Positions 1 through 13,099 of a stretch of 64,000 nucleotides of DNA are shown one piece after another (position 1 is the first letter of the stretch; each line of letters begins with the position of its first letter). The translations under genes were made by a program, and so were the position numbers. The notes under the pieces are model-generated. The model saw only the letters and a program-made list of their open reading frames with translations. It had not been told where the DNA came from and ran no database searches. Origin of the DNA: Kudoa neothunni (lineage: Eukaryota > Animalia > Cnidaria); NCBI GenBank assembly GCA_964304625.1, contig OZ199838.1:11944524-12008523 (forward strand), given 5' to 3'.

Positions 1-219
1 TAGTGATTCATACTTTTGGATCAACAAGAGAAGATTGGTCCCTGTATCATCAAAAATAGCGGGGGATATTTTGTCAATTCCTATCCTACTACTTCGATCG
101 TTGTTGAAATAAGCTTTTCAGAAACGAGGCATTTATTCACACAATATGGATCTTCACTCTCAAAAGAAAAATGCTCAATGATCATGCAGCCATATTACAA
201 TGAAGACATTAAATTTTAA
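1..219 (+). pseudogene. C-terminal fragment of a hAT transposase (dimerization domain-like)
   Basis: ORF 16..219 contains PTTSIVVEISFSETRHLFTQYGSSLSKEK, resembling the hATC pattern PxTSxxxERxFSxxxxxxTxxRxSL; cut by the window edge. Confidence 0.45.
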
Positions 220-668
220 TAATTGATATTATTATTGATATTTTATTTATTTTTCTGGATTTTAAATGACATTAAATTTATGCATATAATTATATTATTT
301 TCTATCAGTTATTAATTTTCGTTATAATAAAATAATATTTTTGATATTTATCTAATTAAATCATGTAATTTTGATAACCAATTAATTTGTACATTATATG
401 TAGATGTTCGGACTTTTCAACAAACCTCCAAATGGTTGCATTAATCCTTGTTATGAGAAAAACGTCGATTTCAATCGAAGATTTTTGTAAAAATTAGCGT
501 AGAAAATTACACGCTCTAGATATAAGTAACGAATTTATTCATTTAATCTATATAATGAAAGTTTATTATATTGTTTTCCTGGTAGAAGTTATCTTTCACG
601 GTTAAAGAAATGTTAAAATTTCAAATTCTTTTAAAATAAGAGTGAAACGCTATCAATAATATAGAATA

Positions 669-710
<42 letters not shown>
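669..710. repeat. compound (CA)n(TA)n microsatellite
   Basis: acacacac... followed directly by tatatata... Confidence 0.95.
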
Positions 711-1029
711 GAAGCCTTTAGTTTCATACTATTTCACAAGAATACGTTGAATGCAAACCATTTATATAAAAAGTAATTTAAATGCGTTTTATTCATTAGT
801 AACAGACTTAATTTAATAAAATATCACGACTGGTTACAAAATTTAATGTTAAAACAGCTAATTATTAGTTACAATATTATTTATTAATAGCTTAATAGAG
901 TTGATATAGTAATAGAGTACGAAAATCACAAAATTAATTCGTTCATATTTTTTTTCTATTTGGTATTTTCCACACGTGATATAGATATTTGATTTGAACT
1001 TTAAATGTTTGATCTGAGATTGTATATAT

Positions 1030-1620
1030 CAGGGGCGGCCAAACCATGGCTCACGAGCCACATGTGGCTCTCGAAAAAAATTTTGTTAGTTGAATTTTTT
1101 TTTAATCAACCAACACGTTAATTCAGAGAAGTACTTAGTTTAAACTATTTAATCAAGCGAGGAAATTAAATCTTTAATCAGGAACTAAATAATATTTTTG
1201 ATTAGAAAACATAGTTACAAACTACCGTATAATTCTAATATTTGAAGCAAATTGGAATTATTACTAATTTCATTAGGCGATATATTTAGAACTAGTGTTT
1301 ATCCATTATCAAAATAATAGATATCGAAAGTATAAAACATTCATTAAAGCTTTAAACATGATTCATAATTCCAACTCATCAAAGGAATTGTGGAAATAGG
1401 TTCTAGAAACTAAATACTCAAAGTTAAAAGAAATTCGCCTCAAACTTGTTTCTATATTTGGAACAACTTATTGTTGTGAGTTTATTTCTTCGGCGATTAA
1501 ATTTGTAAAATTGAAGCATCGCGGATCCCTTCCTCACAAGCAAACACCTGACGGAACTAATTCGTACAGCGTTAAAAGCATACAAACCGGATTACCGTCA
1601 GCTCACTGATAATGCAGAAA
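1030..1620 (+). mobile_element. truncated hAT element (Charlie/SPIN/GTF2IRD2-like) with decayed transposase C-terminus
   Basis: Left end CAGGGGCGGCCAAACC-ATGGCTCACGAGCCACATGTGGCTC; 1380-1610 translates, with frameshifts, as SIFGTTYCCEFISSAIKFVKLKHRGSL...KHLTELIRTAL; no right TIR found. Confidence 0.7.
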
Positions 1621-2820
1621 CATAAAGAACTTGAAACATTAGAAACAATTTCTAAAAAAAACGAAAGCATTAAATTCATGTGTTATTACTTTATTCGTAA
1701 ATATTTAATTTTATTTTTTGTTCGACTATCATACATGATTAAATATGGAAAATATTTTATTATTTTTGCGACCTTTTTCATAGAGAAAAAGATTCTTGAA
1801 CCATTAACTACAAATGTACTTTTATGGAAAAAACATAAATTATAACTATAAAAATTATATGTAAGCTTTTTAGGGATTCATTGAATGAGAACAAATTAAA
1901 AAGCCTATAGTTATAATTCTACAACATTTTATCTTCATATTTACCAAAAATTAAAGTTTTAAATAAGGAAGAGGTATATATAATGATTCTGTATATAGTG
2001 ATTATAATGTTTGGATTTAATAAGTACATCGACCAAATAAAAGTAAATGAATATTAATGATAATTAACGTATTTAGTGATAGTTGAAAATCCCATATGAA
2101 AGTTCTTATGTATTAAATGTTCTCATTCGTCAAGCAATTTACGGATGGTTTGTTTTTTAATTTAGATTTTTTCGTAAACTGCCAGGACTACCGCGTAAGA
2201 ATATTTAGACTATTCCCAGTTTTTTGATAATATTAGGATATTAAGTAAATTTCCAATATCCTAATATTTGAGAACAATTCAAATTACAACTAGGTAGAAA
2301 ATTATCCAAACACCATAAATTTTTAACTTTTCTATAAAGGAAATATTTTATTTTTATTTTTATGAATAGAAAAATTCCCATAAAACAAGTTTGGTTTATT
2401 TATAACTATTTTTATTCTATTTCAGAGGTTACAACGTGACGCTCTCTTTCTGACCAATAAACGATAAACTGGCAAAAGATCAAAAATATGATACTTCTTA
2501 ACGTTTGAATAACCTTTCTTGAAATGTTTATAGGCCACTTTTTAAATAAATCATGTCATGAATATTTTTACAATAATTTAATTTATTTTTAACCCAAAAT
2601 TAATGTACAGCATTCCCAAAGTAATCAAAATAGATACAGTAGACAACCGATAATACGCACTAAAAATGCGTGTATGGTTATTATTTTTTTGTTTTCTTTA
2701 TTTTTCAGAATGGGTATTACACCTTTTATTTAATTAGAATAAAAAAACATTAGGATTATTTGGCCGAAAAATACTTCGCAATTTTTGTTTAATCATATTT
2801 ATTGGTAAAATATTTATATC

Positions 2821-3307
2821 TAGGGATCGCAGTTTTCGATCTTTATTTTGGTTGATCTAGTAGAACGCACGCGTAAATGCTTAAACATTCCAAATTTAAA
2901 CCAGTTTGAAAAGAGCTCCTCACCAAAAACTTTTCTTATCAAATAGTGATAACGGAAGAACGTCGAGAACAATAACAGAAACCAAATTTTTCTCAATTTT
3001 TCTATTTTTTATCTCTACAAAAATAACTTACAAAGAAGTATCTTGAAGCATTTTTAACGATGTTTCTTTTATTTTATTTTGTAAATTCTGTTTTGTCGTA
3101 GAGGTAATTTCACGTTGCAATATTCACAAACGAATTCATTTTCTACCTTATCCATGCCGATCTATTCAACAAGGAAACTATTAATTTCTCTCCAGTTACT
3201 ACCCAATTCAATTGCTTCGGAAGATTTCGAATTTTCCCCGGAAATAAACGCCGATTTTTTTTAAATTCGACGACTAAATCGATTTTAATCGAAAACTACG
3301 ATCCCTA
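2821..3307. mobile_element. hAT-type MITE
   Basis: 20-bp TIRs TAGGGATCGCAGTTTTCGAT / ATCGAAAACTACGATCCCTA (1 mismatch); 8-bp TSD tttatatc / attatatc. Confidence 0.85.
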
Positions 3308-3399
3308 ATTATATCTTTTTACACGGGGATAAAATTTAATGAATGGCCTGTTCTAAAAAATTATAAGTATTATTTTATTTCTTATTCATTTTTTAGCAC

Positions 3400-4000
3400 A
3401 GTATGAAATTTTTTTTTTATATTTCAATCGCAAAATTTCTGTTTACGTGCATAAATACCATGCTTTAATTGTCAACTACATTGTCTCGAAATAAAATATA
3501 TTCTATTTTCAATTTCATAGAAATGATCATTTTTTGATAGATGTCCCAAAAAACTTTTCTATTCGTTCAAAATTTCAACCGTCAGAATTAAAATTTTCCT
3601 CCGTCTCCAATAAAAACCATTTAATCTACGTGATATAACCGATTGGAAATGTGCTAATTTAATTCATAAATATTTTTAAGACTTATCTTTTTACAATCAA
3701 AAAAATATTATAAAATGTTTTACCCAATATAAACTTTGAATACGTCGTATCGATGAAAGTGCGTGATATCGTTTGCCCAAAGTATAAGAAATTTTCTCCC
3801 CAGGTCATAGCTAATTAAAATAAAACAATTTCCGAAAATTGATAAACAAAATTGGAGTTTTTTATCATGGCAATTTATTCACAAAAATTTAGTGATTATG
3901 TGGATTTTAAAATTGAAAAATTTCTATGCCGACCATAAATTATTTAATTACATTAAAAAACTTCAAGATTTTAATTTCGTAGTCAATAAATCAATATAAT
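3400..4000 (+). pseudogene. highly decayed piggyBac transposase fragment
   Basis: Scattered motifs in piggyBac order: TLSRNKIYSIFNFI, RIDES (about 3748), FYADHKLFN; many stops and frameshifts. Confidence 0.3.
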
Positions 4001-5753
4001 TGAAATCAACTTTTATATAAAAAATAACTAATTAAAGGTACGTTAATAAAAGCTATCGCTAAGTATCTGCAGCTTGATTATATTTCAAATTATCAGGGAA
4101 ATCCTTAAGAATTATCAAATAATTCATCGTCAATCTGTTCAACAGAATTTCGATAAAAATGCTTTTTATCAAGCTGATTCACATTTTTTTTACAACTGCT
4201 TAATAGAATAACAACAAGGGTAAAAATTTTTGATAAAAAATTATTTTTTATATTATGCAGGATAAATTTTATTTGCTATATTTTCTTATAGTTTTGAGAA
4301 ATAACCTTTAATAGTAAAAATTGGTACTGATAATGCCATGACATGCTACCATTAATTGAACAATCATTGGCATCCTTACATGCTATCTTAGAAAAATATT
4401 ACAAATCATTTTTTAGACTTTAGGTGAACGCTGAATATAAAGTTGACATTAAACTTCAATGACATATACGTTATAAAGACTCTAGAATTATATTTAAAAA
4501 ATTGTAGTGTTTTCCCAATTAATCATATATTCTCATTTAAAAACATGAATATATACGGAATGATCTTGGCACATCAAAAGTATATCTATAGTTGGTAAGG
4601 ATTACTTTTTTTCTTAAATTATTGACTGAATTTTTATGAAAACATATCTATTATCAAAAATTTAAAAAATTGTTTAAAGTTATTGAGCTCTTGTATCAAA
4701 TTATTAAAGAAAATTATTTTTTTAGCTTAAAAGGTTAAATTAAAGTTAACTTTTAGATTAATTCATGTAAAATAAATATTTTTTAATTTCTATTTAATAA
4801 ATTACGGCGTGAAAATAACATATTCGACCTTAGTGAGTAAATATACAGAAAAAAAGAATATTGATACGTTATTCTTTCTTCATTTAAACAATAAATTTTA
4901 TCAATCGCTAAAAACGAATATTCTAAAGATGAATTTATTCTCTATGTTTGCTTAGACACATCATCATCGAAACCTTTAATAACGACCAGGAAACGCTCAC
5001 ACATAAGAAATGAAATTAATATTTAAGTAAACTTTTGATTCATTTTAAAGAAAAGAATAGTCATGCACACAAAAAAATACAGATGGAAAAATTAATGAAC
5101 CAATTATGCCTATCCTTACCAATTTTTTGAAATTATTTAATTTTGTAATTAAAAGAATTAGAATTTATTTAATTAGTAATCTCTCAGTAAACGTTAGTCA
5201 GTATAGTCTACAAAAAATCTTTTCCATTTTATTCTTAAAACTTTCTACAAATTCCTCAATAGAAAACAAAATGATCATAAATATTCTCTACTTAATCCAA
5301 TAAATACACATCTCGAATTATTCCTTTCTTATCAACCTACATAATACCAGGAATAACAAACGTCTAGAACAGTCATTCTTAATAAGAATTAGAAGTTTAC
5401 ATAAAAAGAGAAATTGTAGAATTAAACTTCAAATAATTCTTATTTACGGTTGTCTCAAATACACCCACCACGGAAACGCTTTGCTATAACAGATATAACA
5501 CCATTTTTTAAAATATTAAACATATGGAATTAAAGTCATGAGACTTACATGAACAAAATATAGAAAAGCTGAATGTTAATTCGTACAGCTTCCACAGGCC
5601 AAGTAGCAATTAAAGCGAAAATAAACCACAATGCACAACATGGTACTATAACCGAATGTGAGTACTAGTTAGATTTGTGAGAGAGCTGCTTCGGCACGCT
5701 CGTCAAAATGTAAGTAAACGACCTCAAAGAAGAATGATGAAACAATAAATTTT

Positions 5754-6907
5754 TCACAATAGAGGGTATGCATAGTATTTTGATATATTTAGGTATCCAT
5801 TTTCATCTTTAAGTACACGAATGTAACCATCTTCTCCCCAGAGACCACCCCAACTATTCTTTATGCACCAAAACTTTTCGGATCCTTCTCTACCGAATCC
5901 AGTGACAAGAACTGCATGATTAGATAAAACAACTTTCCCTTTGTTCTCTTTATCATCGTATATTCCGCTGCAGTAAAACTGGAAAGATTGGCTCGAAGCA
6001 TCCAAACCAATCGCAATGGGTCCGATCCTCGCAACCGCTAGCGCAAGGCCATTTTCATCAGGCTGTTCTTTTATATCGATGCTACCCTTTAGAACGTAAG
6101 AGTTAATCCTAAACCCAGTGAAGCCATCGTGCAGACACGTCCCTGTGTCATCATTATTCTTTATTATTAGGCCGAATAATATAGCTAATTACCCTTTTTA
6201 GGTGTATAAGGGTACTCTTCCTCAGTTTGTAATCCATTATGCATTAAGTATTCGAAAGCCAAATGGGGTAAACCGCCTCCACATCCATTATTTTCGGACG
6301 AACAATCTACTAGTTGTTTCTCACTGAAGCTGACAAGCTTATTTGTAGTCCTCGCATGCAATGCCTCTACTGCACCAACTGCTGCAAACGCCCAACAACT
6401 TCCACAACTTCCTTGGTCCTTTATACATGTTACCACCTTTTCAACTCTCCAATCGATAGCCAAAATGTCTTGGGATGACATATCTGCAGATTTTTCCAAA
6501 TGCAGATCTTGCTTATTACGTTTCTCATCATAAAGAAACCGGGTTCCATGATCTAAATGGAATCTTTCAAGGGTAAGCCTCTGAAGGTATTCCTCACGAC
6601 TCTATACACAAATTATTCATCGAAAATTTAAAATTATGTATTTTTAGATTAAAATTTTGATGGATAATGTGACCCGTTAAATAATTAAAGATAATTATAA
6701 CTATTTATATTTGATTACCAAATGGGATAGAGAATTATGGCCACATGTAAAAGATGCAGTTTTTTTGGCGTTGAAATTTTCAATGAATGAATGATTTGCC
6801 GTAAAGTAACCTAATCGACGAGTTTCATCTTCTACGCCCTCAGTTACGATGTTATGGTGTGACTTATGGGACATCCAAAGTCTCCTCGAAACATCGTCAG
6901 ACGACAT
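5754..6907 (-). CDS. cathepsin L-like cysteine protease (C1A) with I29 propeptide, copy 1; exons 6907-6719, 6601-6193, 6142-5754; 328 aa
   Basis: QGSCGSCWAF, NHAVLVTG and KNSWG catalytic motifs; ERFNIN-like propeptide; two GT-AG introns (117 and 50 nt) give a continuous 987-nt ORF. Confidence 0.93.
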
Positions 6908-8004
6908 AATTATATTGTCAAGTCAAGATAGATATGGATACGCTGCGCCGAATATATAATGAGGAATTAAATAATTATCAGGTACTACCTTTTATTCTTT
7001 GAGATAAATATGAATTTTTTAATTGTGGAATGAAATAAAATTTTGTTGTATGTTCCTGATTATTTTTAGTAGAATATTTTATCACGAAATTACACTTTTT
7101 CGAGATAATACATAGAAAGTAAATTTGAAGATACAAATTTTAATTTGATTATGGATGGATTTTATCACGTATTGCTGTCGTGATTACCTTTAAATCAACA
7201 CCGACAAAGAAGTTTTATCATTTGCGCCATACAATGTCGGAGAAACCTATAACCCTATGAAACTTTATATTTACATTCTATGTTACATTTCTTACAACTG
7301 TCCAAATGGCGTATAAAATAAAAATTTGTCCTTCCCCAAACTTGTCGATATTCAAGCTATTCATACAATACAATTATATATTCATTATCCAAATGAGTCG
7401 TTATCAATATTATTTTCGGATAAAATGCACTCCTTGGTCATGACACCCTGAGTATTATTTTGTGACCGAAACCTAACGATTGATTGCCATTAAAATTTCA
7501 TTTAAATCATAATTTGCATAGTAATTAAATATTCTTTATAAAATATTGTCAGTTGCTTGATCAATTTTTGTTCTACTTAAGTATTCAAAATATTTAGGAT
7601 GTTTTAATTATGTAGTGGATTATATATTTAACGAAATATCGGTTAGGTTAATTCAGACCGTTAAGACAAAAGACGTATGAGTATAACTGATAATGTCTGT
7701 TTGGAAGAGTTAAAGTTTTATCAGAATTGTTAAATTTATCAAAAATTTACTGATTTTAGATGTATTTCAATCTTAATAGCATTGAGACACAGGGTTACAT
7801 AGTCTAATTAGAAACTACTTTCGACTATCTATCTTAAGTTAATACATAATAAAATAATATATAAGGCCTATAAATCTTAAATTCCGCCTATAACAAAGAT
7901 ATTGGGATAAGTTATTCTTGTTACATAATTTTAATTTGTCCTATAACTTCAATGATATATTCTGGTTATTCATTACAGAGAAGCCAAATTATCAGAAACT
8001 TATA

Positions 8005-8085
8005 TTAACTCTCGAAGGACCGACCTAAAAAAACTTAAGCGAGGAACCAACAACCAACTGGGGTCATGTTTGACCCCAGGACTTT
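8005..8085 (+). mobile_element. isolated piggyBac-like terminus
   Basis: TTAA followed by CTCTCGAAGGACC and a subterminal palindrome CTGGGGTCA-tgtt-TGACCCCAG. Confidence 0.4.
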
Positions 8086-8248
8086 TTCATTTTTTTAAAC
8101 AGCTATACTCTTTTAGTTCATCTAGTTGTTATACTTATTGTATGTATTTAATAAAAATTAGGTGATGGGATTTCTACCACTACTAAGTTACCATTAAATG
8201 CTTACATCGCCCCATAAACCATTATCCATGTTATTTGTATATTAATGG

Positions 8249-8950
8249 ACTAGCGCAAGAGCCCCGCTTTGCATGGGCTTCCTTGTCCGGCCAAGTAGAT
8301 TAAAGCCTTGAGTAGGCCAAGGTCATTTGAAGTTCAAAGTAAATTAAGAGTATTTAGATAAATAGTACAAAGATTACCCAATTAACGGATGATTTATTTA
8401 ATTATTTGGACGCATGGACCTTATTTAATATTTTTAAAAACGAATCAACACTACTGAGCGTTCAAAATTTCCTCTTTAGAGCTTCTAAAAGTCGATGTTC
8501 TCCTTATTGTTTGCAGTAATCTCTAAATCATACCATATGAATTTGACTAATCTTGTTAAACATCGACAAATGAATTTCGTATTAATGCTTGGCTACATAA
8601 CCTAATATTATCTTCCTTATTTGAACTATTTCAATTACTAAATTACTTTCCAGTGACGTTAAAGTAAAATTAACACTATGGTACGTTTAAGACTAACTTT
8701 TTAAAACTTAAACGAAATGATCTATATGTTTCATAAATCCTCAAATCATACCAATCATTACACGCGAAAATGTTTTTTGTCATTTTGCCGAATGCAAACC
8801 TTTTGTAATTTTTAACGTATTTTTTTGTATTAAAATAAAATTTGATCTTTCCATATGTATGCTCAAATGGAGCGATATATCTCTCTATTAAGAATTAAAA
8901 ATGCGTACATACACACACACACGGATATGGACTCTAACGTTAAAGTAAGT
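8249..8950 (-). mobile_element. non-autonomous Helitron-like element
   Basis: Minus strand ends in a GC hairpin (GCCCATGCAAAGCGGGGC) followed by CTAG|T at 8249-8253; (GT)n tract near the other end at about 8910-8925; that boundary is approximate. Confidence 0.45.
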
Positions 8951-10151
8951 TTATGCTGCTATAGAAAATTCCTATTAATAATCCTGTTGAATTAAAACTC
9001 TTCATTTAATATGAATTAATATAAAAATGTAGGAATATTGGAGTAGAAAACGATAAACATTCAAAAAATTTACATAAAGTATAAGCTTTTTTCGGATAAC
9101 ATCAAATACGGAGTGCAAATAAAAAATTGAACTTGAAAGGTTCAATAATTAGTACTTTACTTTGCGGTGAACGTATTGAACAACGAAAAAATAGTCAACG
9201 TGAAGTATTTAACTAATAGTCAATGGGAATTTCAAAAATATGATTAGAATGGTAAATTATTTATCAGACCGTATTTCATTTTTCTTTATCTCGAATAGTC
9301 TGACAAAAATTTTAAAAAAATGTAGTTAAAATTGCTTATTTATTGTTGTTATAAAATTCAAGCAAAAAAGTATTAGGCGGGTTAGGTGGAAAATTGATCG
9401 CAAACAATCAAATCATCTTTCGAACCATGTATTAACTAGGATTTTGGATTTGATTGCATAATATTGAGAATAAAATATTTTAAAACTTCTTAGTCAAAAA
9501 TATTATATATTAAAATAATATATTGTTTCCAATATAAATCAACATCACAAATTCTGTCTAATTTACAAGGCTGTACATACGGACAAACGCTGCAGTAAAA
9601 CTGCTTATTATCTCTATTTTAAATGTTATGTTGATGCTAGTATTGAATAGATTCTTATTTAACACTTAAAAGCTAACCTTGGGATCCGCGAACCAACTTA
9701 ATATTAATTTGTTGTAAAAATTGTTGTATTTTGTGTATTTTCTCTAGAATTACATCAATTTTTTTAAATATTACTACCAATAGACCAATTTAGTAAATTA
9801 GTTGAACTTGTATTGAAAAATACAAAAAATAATAAAAAGATAGAGCTTGGAGCGAAAGGTTAGCTTGAAGGATTAAAAAATGTTTTGAATTAATGACTCT
9901 TACTTCTCAAGTTTTGATTCAAATAACGTTAGATTCTATCAGCATACGATTCCTCCAAAATAATAGAGAATTATTAATCTCAATGATAAAATAAATGGAT
10001 TACTGAGGATTACATTATTATTAAATATTTATACTTTTTGCATACAAATAAAACTACATAAAACAATAAAAAGATAAAATTACTAAAAAAAATTGTTTGC
10101 CTAATTAAATCATAATATAGGTGATAAAATGGAAAATATGGCTATTTATGT

Positions 10152-11309
10152 TTATAATTTTGGATATGTGTAGTATGTGGATAAACCCATGTACCCATTT
10201 CCGTTTCTATAGACATTACAATAGCCCTTATCACCCCATAGAGATCCCCAGCTATTTTTTATTTTCCAATAGTCCTGATCGGAATTTTCCGTACCATATC
10301 CAACAAGAAGAACTGCATGATTAATTTGAAATTTTTTATCCCTATTTTCATGATTAAAGTATACTCCCTTGGAGTAAAAGGAGAATTGGCGACAAGTAGC
10401 ATCGATTCCAGTAGCGACAGGTCCTACATTTGCTATCACTTTCATCAAAGTGTCTTCATCGAATGGGCTTTCACAATGTTTGTTGTAGCATCTCAGTGAT
10501 TTGATTTTAACTCCACGTTTTCCATGGTACCTGCATTCACCTTTCTACCCATAATTAAATTAAATAGATAAAAAGATAATTCACCCTAGCTGTGTATGGA
10601 TAAGCTGATTCTGTTGTTACGGCATTTTTGGTTGCGTACTCGAAAGCCTTATGAGGTAAACCACCATCACATCCACACTTATCATCAGAGCAATCGAGTA
10701 GTTGTTGCACACTCAAGCTCTCAAGTTTTTGATGTGTGATAGCATATGCTGACTCCATCGCCCCAGCAGCTGCAAAGGCCCAACAACTTCCGCAAGCTCC
10801 TTGATTTTTGACCGCGGTCACCACATATTTTTCGCACCAATCAACTGCAGGGGGTATTCCTAATTTAACATATTTCGAAACTTTGATAGCATGTTTTTTC
10901 TTTTGTGGTATATATTGGGGCTCTCTTATGGTTGACCTTTGTAACTGTTGGAGTTTCCCACTTTCTGAATTCAGCCAATTAATGTATTCATCATGAACCT
11001 TTAAAAGTATTATTTAATCAATTAAGAAGTTTAAACCAGTTGTTATTCATACATAAAACAAAAATCGACAAAAAATTCACTAATGTTTTTTACCAACAAG
11101 TGGATCAAGAACAAACTTACCCAATGGGACAGTTGATTGTGAGCACAACTAAAAGTGATACCCCTGCTGGCGTTTACACTCTCAATGAACGAATGATTGT
11201 CTTTGAAAGTCTCCAAACGACGACTATCCTCTTCCGCATTACTGAATGTTACATTATATTGCATTTTATGTGTCAACCAAATTCTTTGAGCGACATCGTT
11301 GGTTGACAT
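10152..11309 (-). CDS. cathepsin L-like cysteine protease (C1A), copy 2; exons 11309-11121, 10998-10585, 10544-10152; 331 aa
   Basis: QGACGSCWAF, NHAVLLVG and KNSWG; ERFNIN-like propeptide; two GT-AG introns (122 and 40 nt) give a continuous 996-nt ORF. Confidence 0.93.
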
Positions 11310-11979
11310 GATTCAAAACAGTTTTCAGGGCAGATTAATACGAAATTCAAAATCTCGTTTACGGAGATAATCTTTTAAAAGGTTGTTATTACTTTTTAAT
11401 GATTTTAACGAACATTACTGGTTAAGTTAAAATTAGAGATGAAAAGTTCCATAGTAATTTGCAGGTTTGTATGCGCTATATTATATATTTTAAAACTTTA
11501 CAAATAGATTTGACGAAGATATTTTTAGGGCATCTCAACATTGTGAAATCTACCTACAACATAACTGGTTCATGATTACATTTAATTAGTCACAATAAAT
11601 GAATTATATTGTTAATTGGGGGAAATCTATACTAATTTTAGCCATTATAATTAATTATTCGTTAATCTCACACATTATCTATTGTTAAAATCATATATAT
11701 TGATAAGTGTAAAACCACTCTTTATAAAAATAAATTAAAAAAATCATGGAAAATTATTATTTACAAAAATATAATGAGACGAAATATACTTGAGATGATT
11801 CTGCTCCAATTCGATATTATAAAAGATCGATTTACCATAATATGGGTTTATCTGCTACTAAGAGCAAGATAAATTATAATTAGAACATACCTTGCAAAAT
11901 AAATTCTAATCAATTTGTTAACTATTCAATACGAATAAAATTTTTTATAGAAGTTATTGCCCAAAAATGATGATTGATC

Positions 11980-12510
11980 GGTAAAACTGCAGCAAAGTCG
12001 CTGTATGTCAAATCAATGACAATGGTCAAAAGCAACTCTGTTGATAATTTTATTTTTGTGCATTTATCTGTGTTGATGAAACAAGATTTTGCATCAAGAA
12101 TCCAATTAGTTATCAATATTAGTTACTTCACTTTCATATTGAACTAGTATTCTCTCATAATCATTTTTAAATGTAATAACACTCAGTCAAGTAAAGTGTC
12201 GCTTATGTAATTTTAAATTTGGCTGTGGCAACTTTAATTCAGATGCCTAATCACAATTTCTCCTTAACTATTAGCTATTATAAATTCTTTGTCTATGAGA
12301 GTTTCTCATTTTATGCAACCTTTAAATATTCAAATTTTGCAAATGCATAACGCTAATATCAAAAATAAATTATTGGATGGAATACAGGAAATCCCTCTAC
12401 AAATTATTAAACAAATATCACATTAATTTGATTTAACAAATGTAGGATTAATGTGAGAATTATTTAAAATGTTTAACTGGAAATTGCAACCACCATTCTA
12501 CATTTTAACA
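11980..12510. mobile_element. MITE family A, copy 1 (most decayed)
   Basis: Homologous along its length to 18279-18821 and 26375-26930; right end CCATTCTACATTTTAAC; left end GGTAAAACTGCAGCAAAG. Confidence 0.6.
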
Positions 12511-13099
12511 CATGAATGTTAAATATCGTTAGTTATTTATACGTATGCTGGCTAATACAGGCTAAAAATAACAACCCCCAAATATTTTGTTATTGCAATC
12601 TCAACGTACCCTTTAATCCATTAATTTATTGTTTTTTCATCTTAAATCCGTAAAAAATTTCTATTAATTTTTTTATTAATCTCTGTAAAAATTAGATTTA
12701 CGAAATTAAAAGGTAAAATAAAAATAGGATTTATGCATTATATTGTTAAACAAATAATTTACATTTTAACTGATTTTTTATAAATATGGATATTAAATTA
12801 TATTTATATACAAATAAAAAACATAATCAACCAAAAATCATGACGAATATGTATAATTATAAATAATTATTGAACGGATTTCTATTCGAAATTTCATTTT
12901 TTGAACATTAATCAATTTCCAATCCATCACTTTTACATTATTTAGGTTCACCTTCATATTATTTAATTTGATGTATAAATTCAAACCGACATTGTATTAT
13001 TATTTTTATACAGCGTAATTATAAAATACACCGTAAAAACCGATACCGGAATTTACGCCGCCTGAGGATTTGTTATTGTTGAAATTTTTGCAATATTAA

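Noticed and set aside
1612-1845. Short hydrophobic ORFs such as 1612-1845, 5106-5303 and 60683-60925
   Set aside because: Composition expected from AT-rich non-coding DNA; no motifs
5683-5740. U6 snRNA-like 5' stem-loop (GCTTCGGCA) followed by AAACGA...AGAAGA
   Set aside because: No ACAGAGA box and no downstream U6 core
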